In this document: positions 37,465 through 49,069 of the stretch, one piece after another
How positions within the stretch are numbered: the stretch's first letter is position 1
Layout of the letters: every line of letters begins with the position of its first letter
DNA from: Hormiphora californensis
Lineage: Eukaryota; Animalia; Ctenophora
NCBI GenBank assembly: GCA_020137815.1
Contig: CM035355.1
Span: 620,001-684,000 of the forward strand
DNA: 64,000 bases
Reading direction: 5' to 3'
Made by a program: the position numbers and the translations under genes
Notes under the pieces: model-generated
What the model was told of the DNA's origin: nothing
Databases searched by the model: none
The model's input: only the letters and a program-made list of their open reading frames with translations

Positions 37465-38258
37465 ATGAACAATTTTGAAACGGTTATCAGTGCAGAAAAC
37501 CTCGAGAAACAGCTGCGTGAATGTAAAGAAGAACTTGACCGCCATCGGGTTAGCGTGATCGAGCTTCAGCAAACGGTCATCAACCACCAGAACCAACAAC
37601 TCAGTACAGTGACAGCATCGGTGCAGAAGGTGAAAGCCTACTCTACTGTGCTAGCACAGAATTGTGCTGCAACCTCCCCCAAAGTGGGAAAACCACTACC
37701 AGTGAATCATCCTACTCCCGTCCTACAGCCTGGAAGAGAGAAGAACATGGTTGTGTTTGGTCTCCCAGAAACAACCGATAGAGTAGCTAAAACTACTTTA
37801 GACGAACTTTTTGAGGAATTAAAAGAGAAACCGAAAGTGACTACGATGAAACGCATCGGCGAAAGAAATGAGAAGCGCCCTAGACCGCTCTTAGTATCCC
37901 TGGAGAAGAGAGCGACTCTCCTCGCACTCCTCAGAAAGGCACGAAACCTCAAAGACTCCAAACAATTTTCAGCTGTTTATCTCTCTCCGGATCTTACGCC
38001 CTCTGAACTGAAAGAGCAAAAAGCTCTAAGGTCCACTTTGAAGCGGATACGATCAGAAGATCCTGACGGCTGCTACTTCATCCGTAATAATGTTATCCAA
38101 GTGGGATAGTTCCCCACTAACTCACCGTTATCAGAGAACCGTGCTAGGAGCAGGCAGTCTACTGCAGTCCCTTTCAAATTAAGGAAAACGAGTTGTCTGT
38201 ATACAAACTGTGTCAGTGCGGGATATAAACTGTTACTATTATTATTATTATTATTATT
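37465..38258 (+). mobile_element. LINE ORF1 (coiled coil plus RRM/CTD type) with only the first APE motif of ORF2, then (TTA)n
   Basis: 214-aa ORF with NMVVFGLPE, RIG..RPRPLLV and VYLSPDLT; after TAG the same frame reads ..SCLYTNCVSAGYKL, then TTATTATTA. Confidence 0.75.
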
Positions 38259-38474
38259 CCAATTTAAAAAGAGTTCTAAAAGTTTTTTAAAAAACAACTT
38301 GAAAAGAGCTAGAGCTACTGTGCGCGCGTCGTAAAATCTCAAGATTGATTACACAATGCAATGCAACGCACGAAAGAAATTGATTTAACGACGCAATGCA
38401 ACGCGCGCGCGGCATTAGGAGACTTATTATTAATTTTTAAAAGCTTTTCCAACTTGTTTTTCCAGTTTATTTAT

Positions 38475-38858
38475 AAGGAACCATAATAAAGTTCAAGAGC
38501 GCACCCCATCCAAGAGCGTACCACCTGCAAAAGACACCACTCCAAGAGCGCACCACATCAAAGAGAGCTCCCCATCCAGAAGATACCGCGCGCAGGGGAC
38601 ACCACGCGCAGAAGAGACCGTACGCGCAAATACAACGCCGCGCTGGTCTCTTCTGCGCGTGGTGTCCCCTGCGCGCGGTATCTTCTGGATGGGGAGCTCT
38701 CTTTGATGTGGTGCGCTCTTGAAGTGGTGTCTTCTGGAGGTGGTGCGCTCTTGGATGTGGTCTCTCTTGGGTATGGTGCGCTCTCAGGTGTGGTCTCTCT
38801 TCGATAGGGTGCGCTCTTGGGTGCTCTTGGAGGCTCTTGAACTTTATTATGGTTCCTT
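38475..38858. mobile_element. 384-bp palindromic MITE, copy 1 (Kolobok-like termini, tentative)
   Basis: Terminal inverted repeat AAGGAACCATAATAAAGTTCAAGAGC; about 75-bp near-perfect central stem; near-identical copy at 56326. Confidence 0.85.
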
Positions 38859-40061
38859 ATTTATTCGTGGGAAAGCATATCTCGGACATTGAGAGGAGGA
38901 TCCTAGCACTCCCTGTCAAGATGGGAGGTATGGCATTGGAAAATCCGGTACAAACGGCTAATCAAGAATACAATAATTCCCGTTTTGCTACCGGACCACT
39001 AGTGTCTCTTATCCTGGCGGAGGAGGACTGTCCAAAAAACATCATGGATGCCGAGATGAAAAGCGGAAAGTTGAAGAAGAAGTGTGCCGACGCCACTGAT
39101 GAGAGGCATGCAACGGAGCGTGCAGATATCTTGACAGGACTTGATATGAAGACACAGCGGGCAATGGAGCTATGTTCCGAACCTGGTGCTTCTAGTTGGC
39201 TAACTGCTCGACCGCTACAGAAACTCGGTCATGAGCTCAACCAGCTTGAGTTTGTCGATGCCATTCGGCTCAGATACTGTTTCCACTTCCCGGACCTGAT
39301 CGGGAAATGCGGCTGTGGGGCACAAAACAGCAGTGACCACGCCTTGATCTGCAAGGTTGGAGGCTTTGACATGTGGAGACACGACCACCTTCGGGATACC
39401 CTGGCCGATATTCTCCGGTACGCGGGATTTAAACCCGTTAACACTGAACAGCCAATGTTGCCCTGTGATGGATTCAACTTGCCAATCAGTGCAAATACCA
39501 AAGCTGAAGCACGAATGGACATTGTCTGTCGTGGCTTGTGGTCTGACATGCAGGCCAGTTTCATGGATGTACGGGTTTTCCATCCAAACGCCCCATCCTA
39601 TCTGAAGGTGCCCATCTCCAACCTGTATAAACAGCACCAAAATCAAAAGAAACTGGCATACATGCGAAGGGTACAAGAAGTGGAGCAGGGTTCATTCACC
39701 CCTCTTGTATTCTCCACATCGGGAGGTTTTGCTGCAGAGGTTGGGAAGGTTTTGGACAAAGCGGCCAGCAAGATTTGTCAGAAACACAAGGAGTGTTACG
39801 CTGAAACAGTGTCCTTCATCCGAGAAAAGACACGATTCAGTTTGCTAAGATCAACACTTGTTGCGCTTCGGGGCACTAAGAGAAGGGTTGTCCGAGTCAG
39901 TGTGGAAGATGTAGATTTTCGAGATAAGTGAGCAGAGAGAGGGAGAATGAGAGTATGAAGGTGTGTGGGTAATTTATTATAATTTTTATTGTTTTGGGCC
40001 AGCGTTTTAACTTTCAGACCTTCATTTTTCCTAAATTCTGTATTTCCGACACGTAAATAAA
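38859..40061 (+). mobile_element. 5'-truncated CRE-clade non-LTR retrotransposon (zinc knuckle plus restriction-like endonuclease)
   Basis: LALPVKMGGM, GASSWL, DAIRLRY, CGCG..DHALICKVGG..RHDHLRD, ARMDI..GLW..FMDVRVFHPNAPSY, KKLAY, FTPLVFSTSGG; stop at 39931; AATAAA at about 40056. Confidence 0.85.
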
Positions 40062-40092
40062 GCTCCTTCTTTAGAAGTATGAAACTGACAGC

Positions 40093-43000
40093 ATGCCTTT
40101 GACAAGAAGGGAGGTTCAGCCCGTAAAATTAGCACAAATCAGTCATGTGACGACTGATTTAAGTGTCCCTAAGACACACAATCTCGAGGAAACAACCTAC
40201 ATATCATTATGTGGACTTATGAAACAGCTTGGGGACGTAGCTACTTATGCAGATGAGATTTTTACAAACTTGTACACCATCGCTAAAGAGTGAGAACATT
40301 ATTATATATTTGTTAAGTAAAGAAACACTTTAGAAAGATCGTTGGTCCTAGTCATCGATTGTAAATCTTGTCGAGAGTAGCTTTTTAATGTTCGTTCATT
40401 TTAATATCAGTACCTGTGAACGTTCGGAGAGACTACGACAAAAAGTGAACAACTTGAACGACTGTTTACTTACTGGTGATGTCGATCTACTGAGCCCAGC
40501 TGGTCCTGGACCTTTCACTAAAACTCAGAAATTGTTCGTCAATTTGAGCCGCCCAAAAGCTGTAAGTTTAATAGATAAAGTTAGAAGATTACGGAAAGAA
40601 TCTTCCTTGTAATATGATCAGTGAACTAAATTTAGTTAGGTGTTCTGAGGTTTAGTGGGTTGTGTACTAAAATAATATTCAATACCACTTTTCTCCAGAT
40701 TTTGGACAAGTACAAAGAAGCAGAACCGATGCCCCCACTGGCTGAACTTGCTGAGTTCGTTGTTGATGATCAGCTATCACAGCCACATGTAAGTGCAGCA
40801 ATGCATTAATGTCACTTTAATGGAGACGTGGAGAGTTGCCTATTAGCAGCAACATCTCCTATTTCTAATCTTCTATCTCTCATCTGCTATTTCTCATCTC
40901 TCTCTCTCCCCATTTGTTTGTCACACTTTTGTGCAAACAGTTTGCCAAATATCAGTACAGACAGACAAAAAGAATCTCCTGTATAACAGTCCCTTCTATA
41001 TGTATAATGTGAAGTTCCAGGATCTTATTTCACCACATTTGAATCATTAGATTTCCAAAAAGGTAGCACTATAGGAGTGTGAGGCGAGTTCTGAACACTG
41101 CAGTGAGTATGAAAACGAGAGCACTAAATTGGCAGCAATTAAGCGAATCATTATCATTGGATTTTCATACCATGCTCACGCATTTTCTTGTACAGAATCA
41201 GTGAGAAATTACAAAACATAGCCTTATACACAGTTTATGAGAACATATTACTAATATAGTCAGGGCATATGATGCCAAAATAAATTAAAAATGGGCATAA
41301 TTGTTATCAAGCTAATTTCACTTCTAGTAGACTCTATTAGGTCCCTAGAAACACCAAAAAAATTGGTCGCGGTTTTATCAATGAAGAAGTTGGGTTTTTG
41401 GCCTTCTGGCGAAAACCAAAACGGGGCTTAGGAAAGGAGTAGAGACAAATCTAAGGACACTAAAATGTGTAGCGTCCTCGCATTAGTGGGGATAGGTGCG
41501 GAAATTAAGTCTCTATCTCATCTGGTTAATTAGATAATTGGATAATTAGATATGCGCATAAACGTATTTTGGCTAAATGGCTATAGCCACTTAGGAATGG
41601 GTTAGAGACTTTTCACTGGCGCCATTTTGTAGGCAATAGCCAAGTTATTGGGGGTCGACGTCGAACTTTTAAGCTCTATCTCTAACCGTTTGACCGCTAT
41701 TTGGCATTAAAGATGCTCAAAATGAGCAAAAAACGGTAAAAAGCCCGATTCTGAGTATCTTTAAAGCCAAATAGCGGCCAAACGGTTGGAGATAGAGCTT
41801 TAAAGTTCGACGTGGACCCCCCATAACTTGGCTATTGCCTACAAAATGGCACCAGTGAAAAGTCTCTAAACCATTCCTAAGTGGCTATAGCCATATAATA
41901 GCCAAAATACGGTTATGCGCATATCTAATTATCCAATTATCTAATTAACCAGATGAGATAGAGACTTAATTTCCGCACCCACCCCCACTAATGCGAGGAC
42001 GCTACACATTTTAGTGTCCTTAGATTTGTCTCTACTCCTTTCCTAAGCCCCGTTTTGGTTTTCGCCAGAAGGCCAAAACATAGGTAAAAGGGCGTGGCCC
42101 AAAAACCCAACTTCTTCATTGATAAAACCGCGACCAATTTTTTTGGTGTTTCTAGGGACCTAATAGAGTCTACTAGAAGTGAAATTAGCTTGATAACAAT
42201 TATGCCCATATTTTGTCATCATATGCCCTGACTAATAATAAAAGTAATTACTAATCCAGCTCGACCAATGAAACACAACGACATTGTATTGACATTGTCG
42301 ATAGTGATAGCACTGGCACAAATCACTGCGCTGGCAAGCGCAAAGGTTGCCATTCCCCCTCCCCCAAAAGCGCTGCCAGAAACGCAGTTATACGTTTTAT
42401 GGATGTTTGGCTGAAAAACCGGATTTCGAAAGTCTATAGCGTCGCTCCCTTTCATCGGATTGACTTGAAATTTGGAATGTATACCCGGCTTGGGGTCCTT
42501 TAGTTAAGCTTAAAATTTCAAATCTCTATCTCATCTGGGACGGAAGTTACAGACTGGTCCCATTTGCTGAAGATTCAGTGTAACGGACACGTGCGTACGC
42601 GCGCGCATAGGAGAGACGCTTTTTCTGAGCACGGTTCTGAACAAACGGAAAGAGATAGAGACTTCTCGTTTTCACTAGCTTGTAGATCTACTCAATTATT
42701 GTGTTATTAGCGGGGTGAGGTTTTCAATCATCCCCAGGAACGTCCTACAGAACGTCTTAAAGTCGTCATTTTTCAGACTCTGACCGAACTTCTTTGAGCT
42801 CAATTTACACCCTTAAGACGGATTCTAATCGAAAAACGAAGACTATATCATGGAAAGAAAATCGTCTAAACTTTCAGAAACCATATTTCGAATTTTCAAA
42901 ACTGCATGTATAAGCGTCTTAAAACGCGTCTGAAGTGTTATGACTGTTTAAAAATAGATATGACGATATGGTTTTTTTCGCCATAGTGATCTCAAATCTT

Positions 43001-46000
43001 ATCCAATCGATCTCAAACTTGGTCAGTGTCTCCATCTAGGTAATCCCGATGATATGACGTCATAATTATGACGTCATAACGTCTTGACGTCATTTTATGA
43101 CGTCAAAATGACGTCAAAAATGAAATTTTCTCAATTTCGCGATTCCATCCTCTCTGTACCTGTTCTACTACATCTGAATGGATAAAAATCCCAAAAATGA
43201 TGCAAATTATACCAAAACTAATTGAAATTAGTAGGCCGGAAAGGTTGCCCTATCATTTGAGCTACCTTTGGCACCAGTACATTCCCTTTTGAAGATAGAG
43301 TAAACATCTGCCATACCCTGTCTGTACCCCGTGAATGTTACGGTGGCAAAGGTAGCTCAAATCATAGGGCAACCTTTCCGGCCTACTAATTTCAATTAGT
43401 TTTGGTATATTCCCCTTCCCTTCTTATACAATCAGGGTGCTAAGCTGTGGTAAGGTCTTCAAAACCCGTTCATCCCGCAGAATCAAGATTGAATCCAGTC
43501 ATGCTTCAAATTCATTATGATCCCCCATTATTACATTTCATCTACTATTTCATGTGAAGAAGCATACGTAATTGCTCTATGTGCAGTTAGGACAGGTGGT
43601 GACAGATCTACATAAAGACACACACTCTCTTCTTAAAACATTGTATTTCATTGAACAATCCCAAAATTAGTAGTCGGTCTTGTACCATCGTATGAGCTTC
43701 CAATTGATTCAGGAAAGTATGAAATACTAAAGTATAGTAAAGTGTACTAGCACCCTCCCACCTGCAGTATGCCCCCTCTGAGAGGGGCCCTCTCCTAACT
43801 CCGAGGGGCGAAAGTCAAGGTGATTATGCGGTGCTATGTGATTAGAAAATCAATCATATTAGACGACATCCCGGGTGGGGAGAGAGAAAAGGAGAACACT
43901 TGTTATACCCATGGTAACCTAGGAACAATTTACCTCTGCAGCACCAGTGTCATTTCTCTCTCATTTCTCTCATTGTGCTGTGTGTCATGCTCGACCCTCT
44001 TTCACCACACCCTGCTTAGTTATGTATTGTGAATCTTATGATATTCCTGTACGAAGCTCTTCTGGTAAACGTGTTAACCTCACTCTTCACGTGTCACAAC
44101 CTGTACACATTACCCTGGTGAGATAAGGGGCCTTTAATCACTTCAAAATTATAGTGTTCAGTCGGACCATGATTGCTCGGGGGAAATGGTTTTACCCGGT
44201 ACTAAGCTTTCGATTAAAACTTTATTGTCTTGACAGTTGACACATACCACCTCTGCAGGGACATGATATCGAGGGTTCAGACAGTATGATATCTCTTCCC
44301 ACTCCCCCACCACACCTTACAGACCTTACAGACCTCTCTCTAGCAGACAATCTCCCCTCTCCGATCTCCGACCATTTCCTAACAGATCCCAACATAACAG
44401 ACAACTCTCTCCCTCCTCCTCCTCCACTACACATCATATCAGCAACAGACAACCCGACCACTAGCGGTCCACCAGATGACCACATCCCAACAACACCTCC
44501 TGATTTTCAGAAACTCTACTCCGACCCTGCCCTGTTTATCAATGCTTGGCTAGAACTCATGGAGAGAGAGGCTCAGGAGATGAGGCGACACAGGAAGAGA
44601 AGTTTCAAGAAGAAGGCGGATGGGAAACCAAAGATTGCTACACTGAAGAAGAAGGTTGGTTAGCTACTAGTTGGTTAGCACTATTGGTTAGCACTATTAG
44701 CACTATTGGTTAGCACTATTGGTTAGCACTATTAGCTAGGTTGGTTCGCACTTTTGGTTAGCACTATTACCTAGGTTGGTTCGCACTATTGGTTAGCTCT
44801 ATTAGCACTATTGGTTAGCACTATTAGCTAGCACTATTAGCACTATTGGTTAGCACTATTGGTTAACACTATTAGCTAGGTTGGTTAGCACTATTGGTTA
44901 GCACTATTAGCACTATTGGTTAGCACTATTGGTTAGCACTATTAGCACTATTGGTTAGCACTATTGGTTAGCACTATTAGCACTATTGGTTAGCACTATT
45001 GGTTAGCACTATTAGCACTATTGGTTAGCTCTACTGGTTAACACTATTAGCACTAAGTTTCTGTACCCACTGTCCACACGTGTTTGTGTCTGTGTGTCTC
45101 CTGTTATCACTAGAAAAGTGACGTGTGGTCTAATAACTGTGTAATACTACTGCAAGGGTGTCGGATTATGTGTGTAATTTAAGATTTATAGCCTATAAAT
45201 TATAGGGGATGCACACAAGTGACGTCATTAGATGACGTCATATCTCCATTACAGGTCCATGACCCCAAGACGAAAGGGTTTGCGATTGTGGATGTTAGCT
45301 TGCCAGTACAGTATGAGACACTCTCAGTTGCCCAGTCCTTGACAGCCATGGAACCCCTCTCAGCTACTCTAAACAGGAAGAAATATGGAAGTCGTAGCGG
45401 CACTTATAGCACAGGTATATGACTAGTGGTCGAGTCAAAAAACTTTATCTGAGAGTCATCACCAACCAGATTCTGATAAAATGTCAACATCCCCTGCAGA
45501 TGATACGAGAAGTATGACATCACATTTCTAACATCCCCTGCAGATGATACGAGAAGTATGACATCACATTTCTAACATCCCCTGCAGATGATACGAGAAG
45601 TATGACATCAACCTCATCATCCAATAACCCTGGTTATGCCTCCCTTGGTTCCCCTCCTCCTGCTGAGAATGACGTCACCCCCATCTCATCCCCACAACAG
45701 AGCTCCCCTCGGAGACAATGTAGTACGCCCATCATAGCGGAGCAGCCACAAATACAAATCATGTCGCCCACAGGTTTGTAGTGTTCTGGGGGGGGGAGCA
45801 GCCACAAATACAAATCATGTCGCCCACAGGTTTGTAGTGTCCCATCATAGCGGAACAGCCACAAATACAAATCATGTCGCCCACAGGTTTGTTGTGTTCT
45901 GGGGGGGGGGGAGCAGCCACAAATACAAATCATGTCGCCCACAGGTTTGTAGTGTTCTGGGGGGGGGGGAACAGCCACAAATACAAATCATGTCGCCCAC

Positions 46001-47085
46001 AGGTTTGTTGTGTTCTGGGGGGGGGGGGGAACAGCCACAAATACAAATCATGTCGCCCACAGGTTTGTTGTGTTCTGGGGGGGGGGGGGGGGGAGCAGCC
46101 ACAAATACAAATCATGTCGCCCACAGGTTTGTAGTGTTCTGGGGGGGGGTGGAGCAGCCACAAATACAAATCATGTCGCCCACAGGTTGGTTGTGTTCTA
46201 ACCCTCCTTTACATTTGCGGGTGGGGCGCGTGAAACACAGTCTAGTATAGGCAAAGGTTTGTGATGTAACTTGGTTGAGTAAGGGGTAAGTAACCTTGTT
46301 ATGTTTTAACCCTCCTTTACTCGCGAAAAGGGGGTCGAGCTAGGCAAAAGTTACCCGGCTAATTCAACATATAATCTAGAAAGAGAGACATATAATCTAG
46401 AAAGAGAGAGGGGGTGCACGGAGTGGGGGTAATTATGGTTTGTTCTAGAAGAATGAAGATTACAGGTAAAAATGTGTTTTAATTGTTACTGTTTTCAGAT
46501 ATAGATTTGGGAATATCAGGGGACAGTCTACCACCACCCCTAGACGATCACCTTCCATCACCACCTAATAGCCCCGGTAAGAGGGAGACTTTCCGAACCT
46601 GAATATTCCTCTTAGTTTGTGGAATGCTATCTTTCATTTTCGAATTCATAGAAATGTGAATGTCATTAGAGTTGTTGAAAGGCTTCCATGGCTTCAGAAA
46701 TGTCACATTCTCATCCCACACAGATCTGCCACCCCCGATCGAGCCACCATCCCCTCCACCTCCTCCGGCTCATGAGGTGCCGCAGTATGACTTCATCCGG
46801 CCTGCTAGCGTCTCAGTGGCTCAACGGATTCTGAAGACGGACGTTGTCCCTGAAGCGAAGGGAAGGGATAAACTGCTGGATATGATTAGATCAAGTAGTT
46901 TCAATCTCCGGCCAGTCCAAAAGGTATGTATTGATATATCAAGTTACAGTTAGTATGTCAAGTTACAGCCCCGCCTGCTGTTACCACCCTAACAATGTAT
47001 TCTTCCTTGTGCTGTTTTTAATTTAAAAAAATAATAGTATGAACAATACAAATTCTTCCTAACTCCTCCCATTTCAAAACTAGAA

Positions 47086-47129
<44 letters not shown>

Positions 47130-47328
47130 TACTCTCTCTTACCCTCCCTAGTCCCTACTTCATATACTCTATATTCATCACCCCCCTTCCTAGCGACCTG
47201 CGATTGAAGAGGACCAAACGTATGCCACCTACCAAGGAACTGACGTCGCTTCAATACTTCAACGTCGCAAGTACCTTATGGATGAGGATTTTGATAGTGA
47301 TTCCTCGGACGATGGAGAGTGGGATTAA
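40093..47328 (+). CDS. WASF: WAVE/SCAR (WASF family) actin nucleation-promoting factor, complete
   Basis: Exons 40093-40289, 40411-40561, 40700-40788, 44259-44654, 45254-45414, 45588-45773, 46499-46576, 46724-46923, 47194-47328. WHD (MPLTRREVQP, LCGLMKQLGDVATYADEIF, KLYSDPALFINAW), basic region, Pro-rich region, WH2 (GRDKLLDMIR..LRPV), C region (DVASILQRR), acidic tail ending EWD*. Confidence 0.92.
41257..42234. mobile_element. About 980-bp foldback (whole-element palindrome) in WAVE intron 3
   Basis: Ends TAGTCAGGGCATATGATG / CATCATATGCCCTGACTA; arms pair over about 470 bp around a short loop near 41735; related copy at 63240-64000. Confidence 0.88.
42248..43200. mobile_element. Putative non-autonomous Helitron/Helentron-like element
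   Basis: Non-coding; TTGAAATTTGG and CTCAAACTTGG motifs, clustered TGACGTCA, short subterminal inverted repeats; classification is by impression only. Confidence 0.3.
43209..43409. mobile_element. About 200-bp hairpin MITE
   Basis: About 70-bp arms ATACCAAAACTAATTGAAATTAGTAGGCCGGAAAGGTTGCCCTAT.. and its reverse complement. Confidence 0.75.
44655..45055 (+). repeat. (TTGGTTAGCACTA / TTAGCACTA)n array starting exactly at a WAVE donor
   Basis: AAG|GTTGGTTAGC.. expanded in 13- and 9-bp units. Confidence 0.9.
45486..45610 (+). repeat. 44-bp tandem repeat x3 containing a WAVE acceptor
   Basis: AACATCCCCTGCAG|ATGATACGAGAAGTATGACATCACATTTCT at 45486, 45530 and 45574. Confidence 0.92.
45728..46199 (+). 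repeat. About 57-63-bp tandem repeat x8 containing a WAVE donor
   Basis: GCAGCCACAAATACAAATCATGTCGCCCACAG|GTTTGTAGTGTTCT(G)n. Confidence 0.92.
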
Positions 47329-47834
47329 ATCGTGACGTCACTAACAGGGTGCTGCTGGGTACTATATAGGACTGGATTTTAGAGTACCAAATTGAAACTA
47401 TTATAGGCCCTTTCATATAATGGGGGGTGGATTGAGTTAGATTGATTTGAGAGGAAATTTGAGCAGGGCTGTTGTTGCAGTTAGTAGCTTCTATATCATT
47501 ATGTTTTATATGAAACTGAGAGTTTACAATTATTATACCTTGAGCTATATCATCATTTTACGAGTCAAACTTACATCTTTTAACGTTTAACTTGGAATAT
47601 ATGAAAAAAGAAGACTCTATTAAGTTTTATTTTTCTCTTCGTTTTAACTTGTTTTTATGGAGGGGTAACATATTTTGTGTAACTCACATTTTGCATGGAT
47701 CATTTTTTATAAATAATCGTCTATTATTTTGTTTGAAAGGTGGAACAAGGTTGCTAGTGGTGGTATTGCAGTAGTGGTGGTACTGCCAGTGCGTCTCGGT
47801 GAATGGAGGAGAGCTAACAAAGAGCTTCCTTCCT

Positions 47835-47926
<92 letters not shown>

Positions 47927-48306
47927 GAGATTGTTGTTTTAATGTCGCAGCTGCAATCCCGGTGTTGCATGCAGCTGATATGAAGCATTCTCTCCTTCTC
48001 TATCCCTCTCTCTCTCTCCCTATCATCCTCTCCCTATCTTTCTCCCTCTATAATATCTCTCTGTCTCACCGCGGAGTGTGACATACTGTGTGTATGATCC
48101 AGTGTCAGAGTGTATATCATGTTTCGCTCACTCTCAACATGTGTGTAACGCGCGATGACTCATCACCAGTTCTCTCCGCGCGGACCATCGCGCGCAGACA
48201 TGAGAGTTTCAAATGTCGCACGTGCAGATGCGCCGCGCACTCCTTATCACACATCCATCCGTGTGTCCACTTTGTTTCTGTGTGCGTTGATTTGTTTGTC
48301 TGTGTG

Positions 48307-48411
48307 ATGGCGAGTTCGAGACGAGATCACCGATTTTCCTTTGAGAGTGATCTCGAATCGGTGGCTTCACGAGGCAGCAGTGTCCGAGTCAATGCACCCT
48401 ACAAACCAACG
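48307..48411 (+). CDS. Putative first coding exon of an unidentified gene
   Basis: ATG..MASSRRDHRFSFESDLESVASRGSSVRVNAPYKPT|gttagt; downstream exons not traced. Confidence 0.35.
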
Positions 48412-49069
48412 GTTAGTGACCTGTTACAAAGTTCAATCAGTATTTGTCGAATGTCGGTTGTAGCTTATCGGTGTTAAGGGGGAAACGAAATCAATAAAAC
48501 TGTTTCCATAAAATATTTATATAGATTTAATTAATAGTTAAAATTCTGAAAAATAAGGTCAATCAAATTTGGCTATTACTTTAAAGCTAAAGTCACTGTG
48601 TATTGAACACATCAACTGAACTTTTACTCATTAATTGCCTACTCTCCTCGGCCTCCCAGTATGTTCATCTTTCTCTATAACACGTCAATTTCTGTCAATC
48701 TGTCTGCCATATTTTATTGCCTTTCACTGACTGGGGATTGAGTGACATACTGACATGATCGTTCCTCCCTTTCTCTCCCCTCTCTCTCTTTCTCTCCCCT
48801 CTCTCTCTCTCCATACTACGAGGTGCTTTCACTATGCTCACATCACTCCTGCATCGTTCACTTTAAACTTGTCTCAAGGTACCGAACCGCATGGCAAACC
48901 GAAAAAAAAATTGTTGAAGCACTTCGCGTATTTTTCTCTCGTCCTTATGAAACTAGCCTCAGCACATGCAACAACTTTGAAAGTGTTATCATTTCAGTAC
49001 AAAACCTCAAAGCATTCGTGAGTCCAAAGGGGAACTTGCCCACCACCGTGTTACTTGATACTCCCAAAA

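Noticed and set aside
45634-46250. Cys/Pro/Gly-rich repeat ORFs
   Set aside because: By-products of the intronic donor repeat
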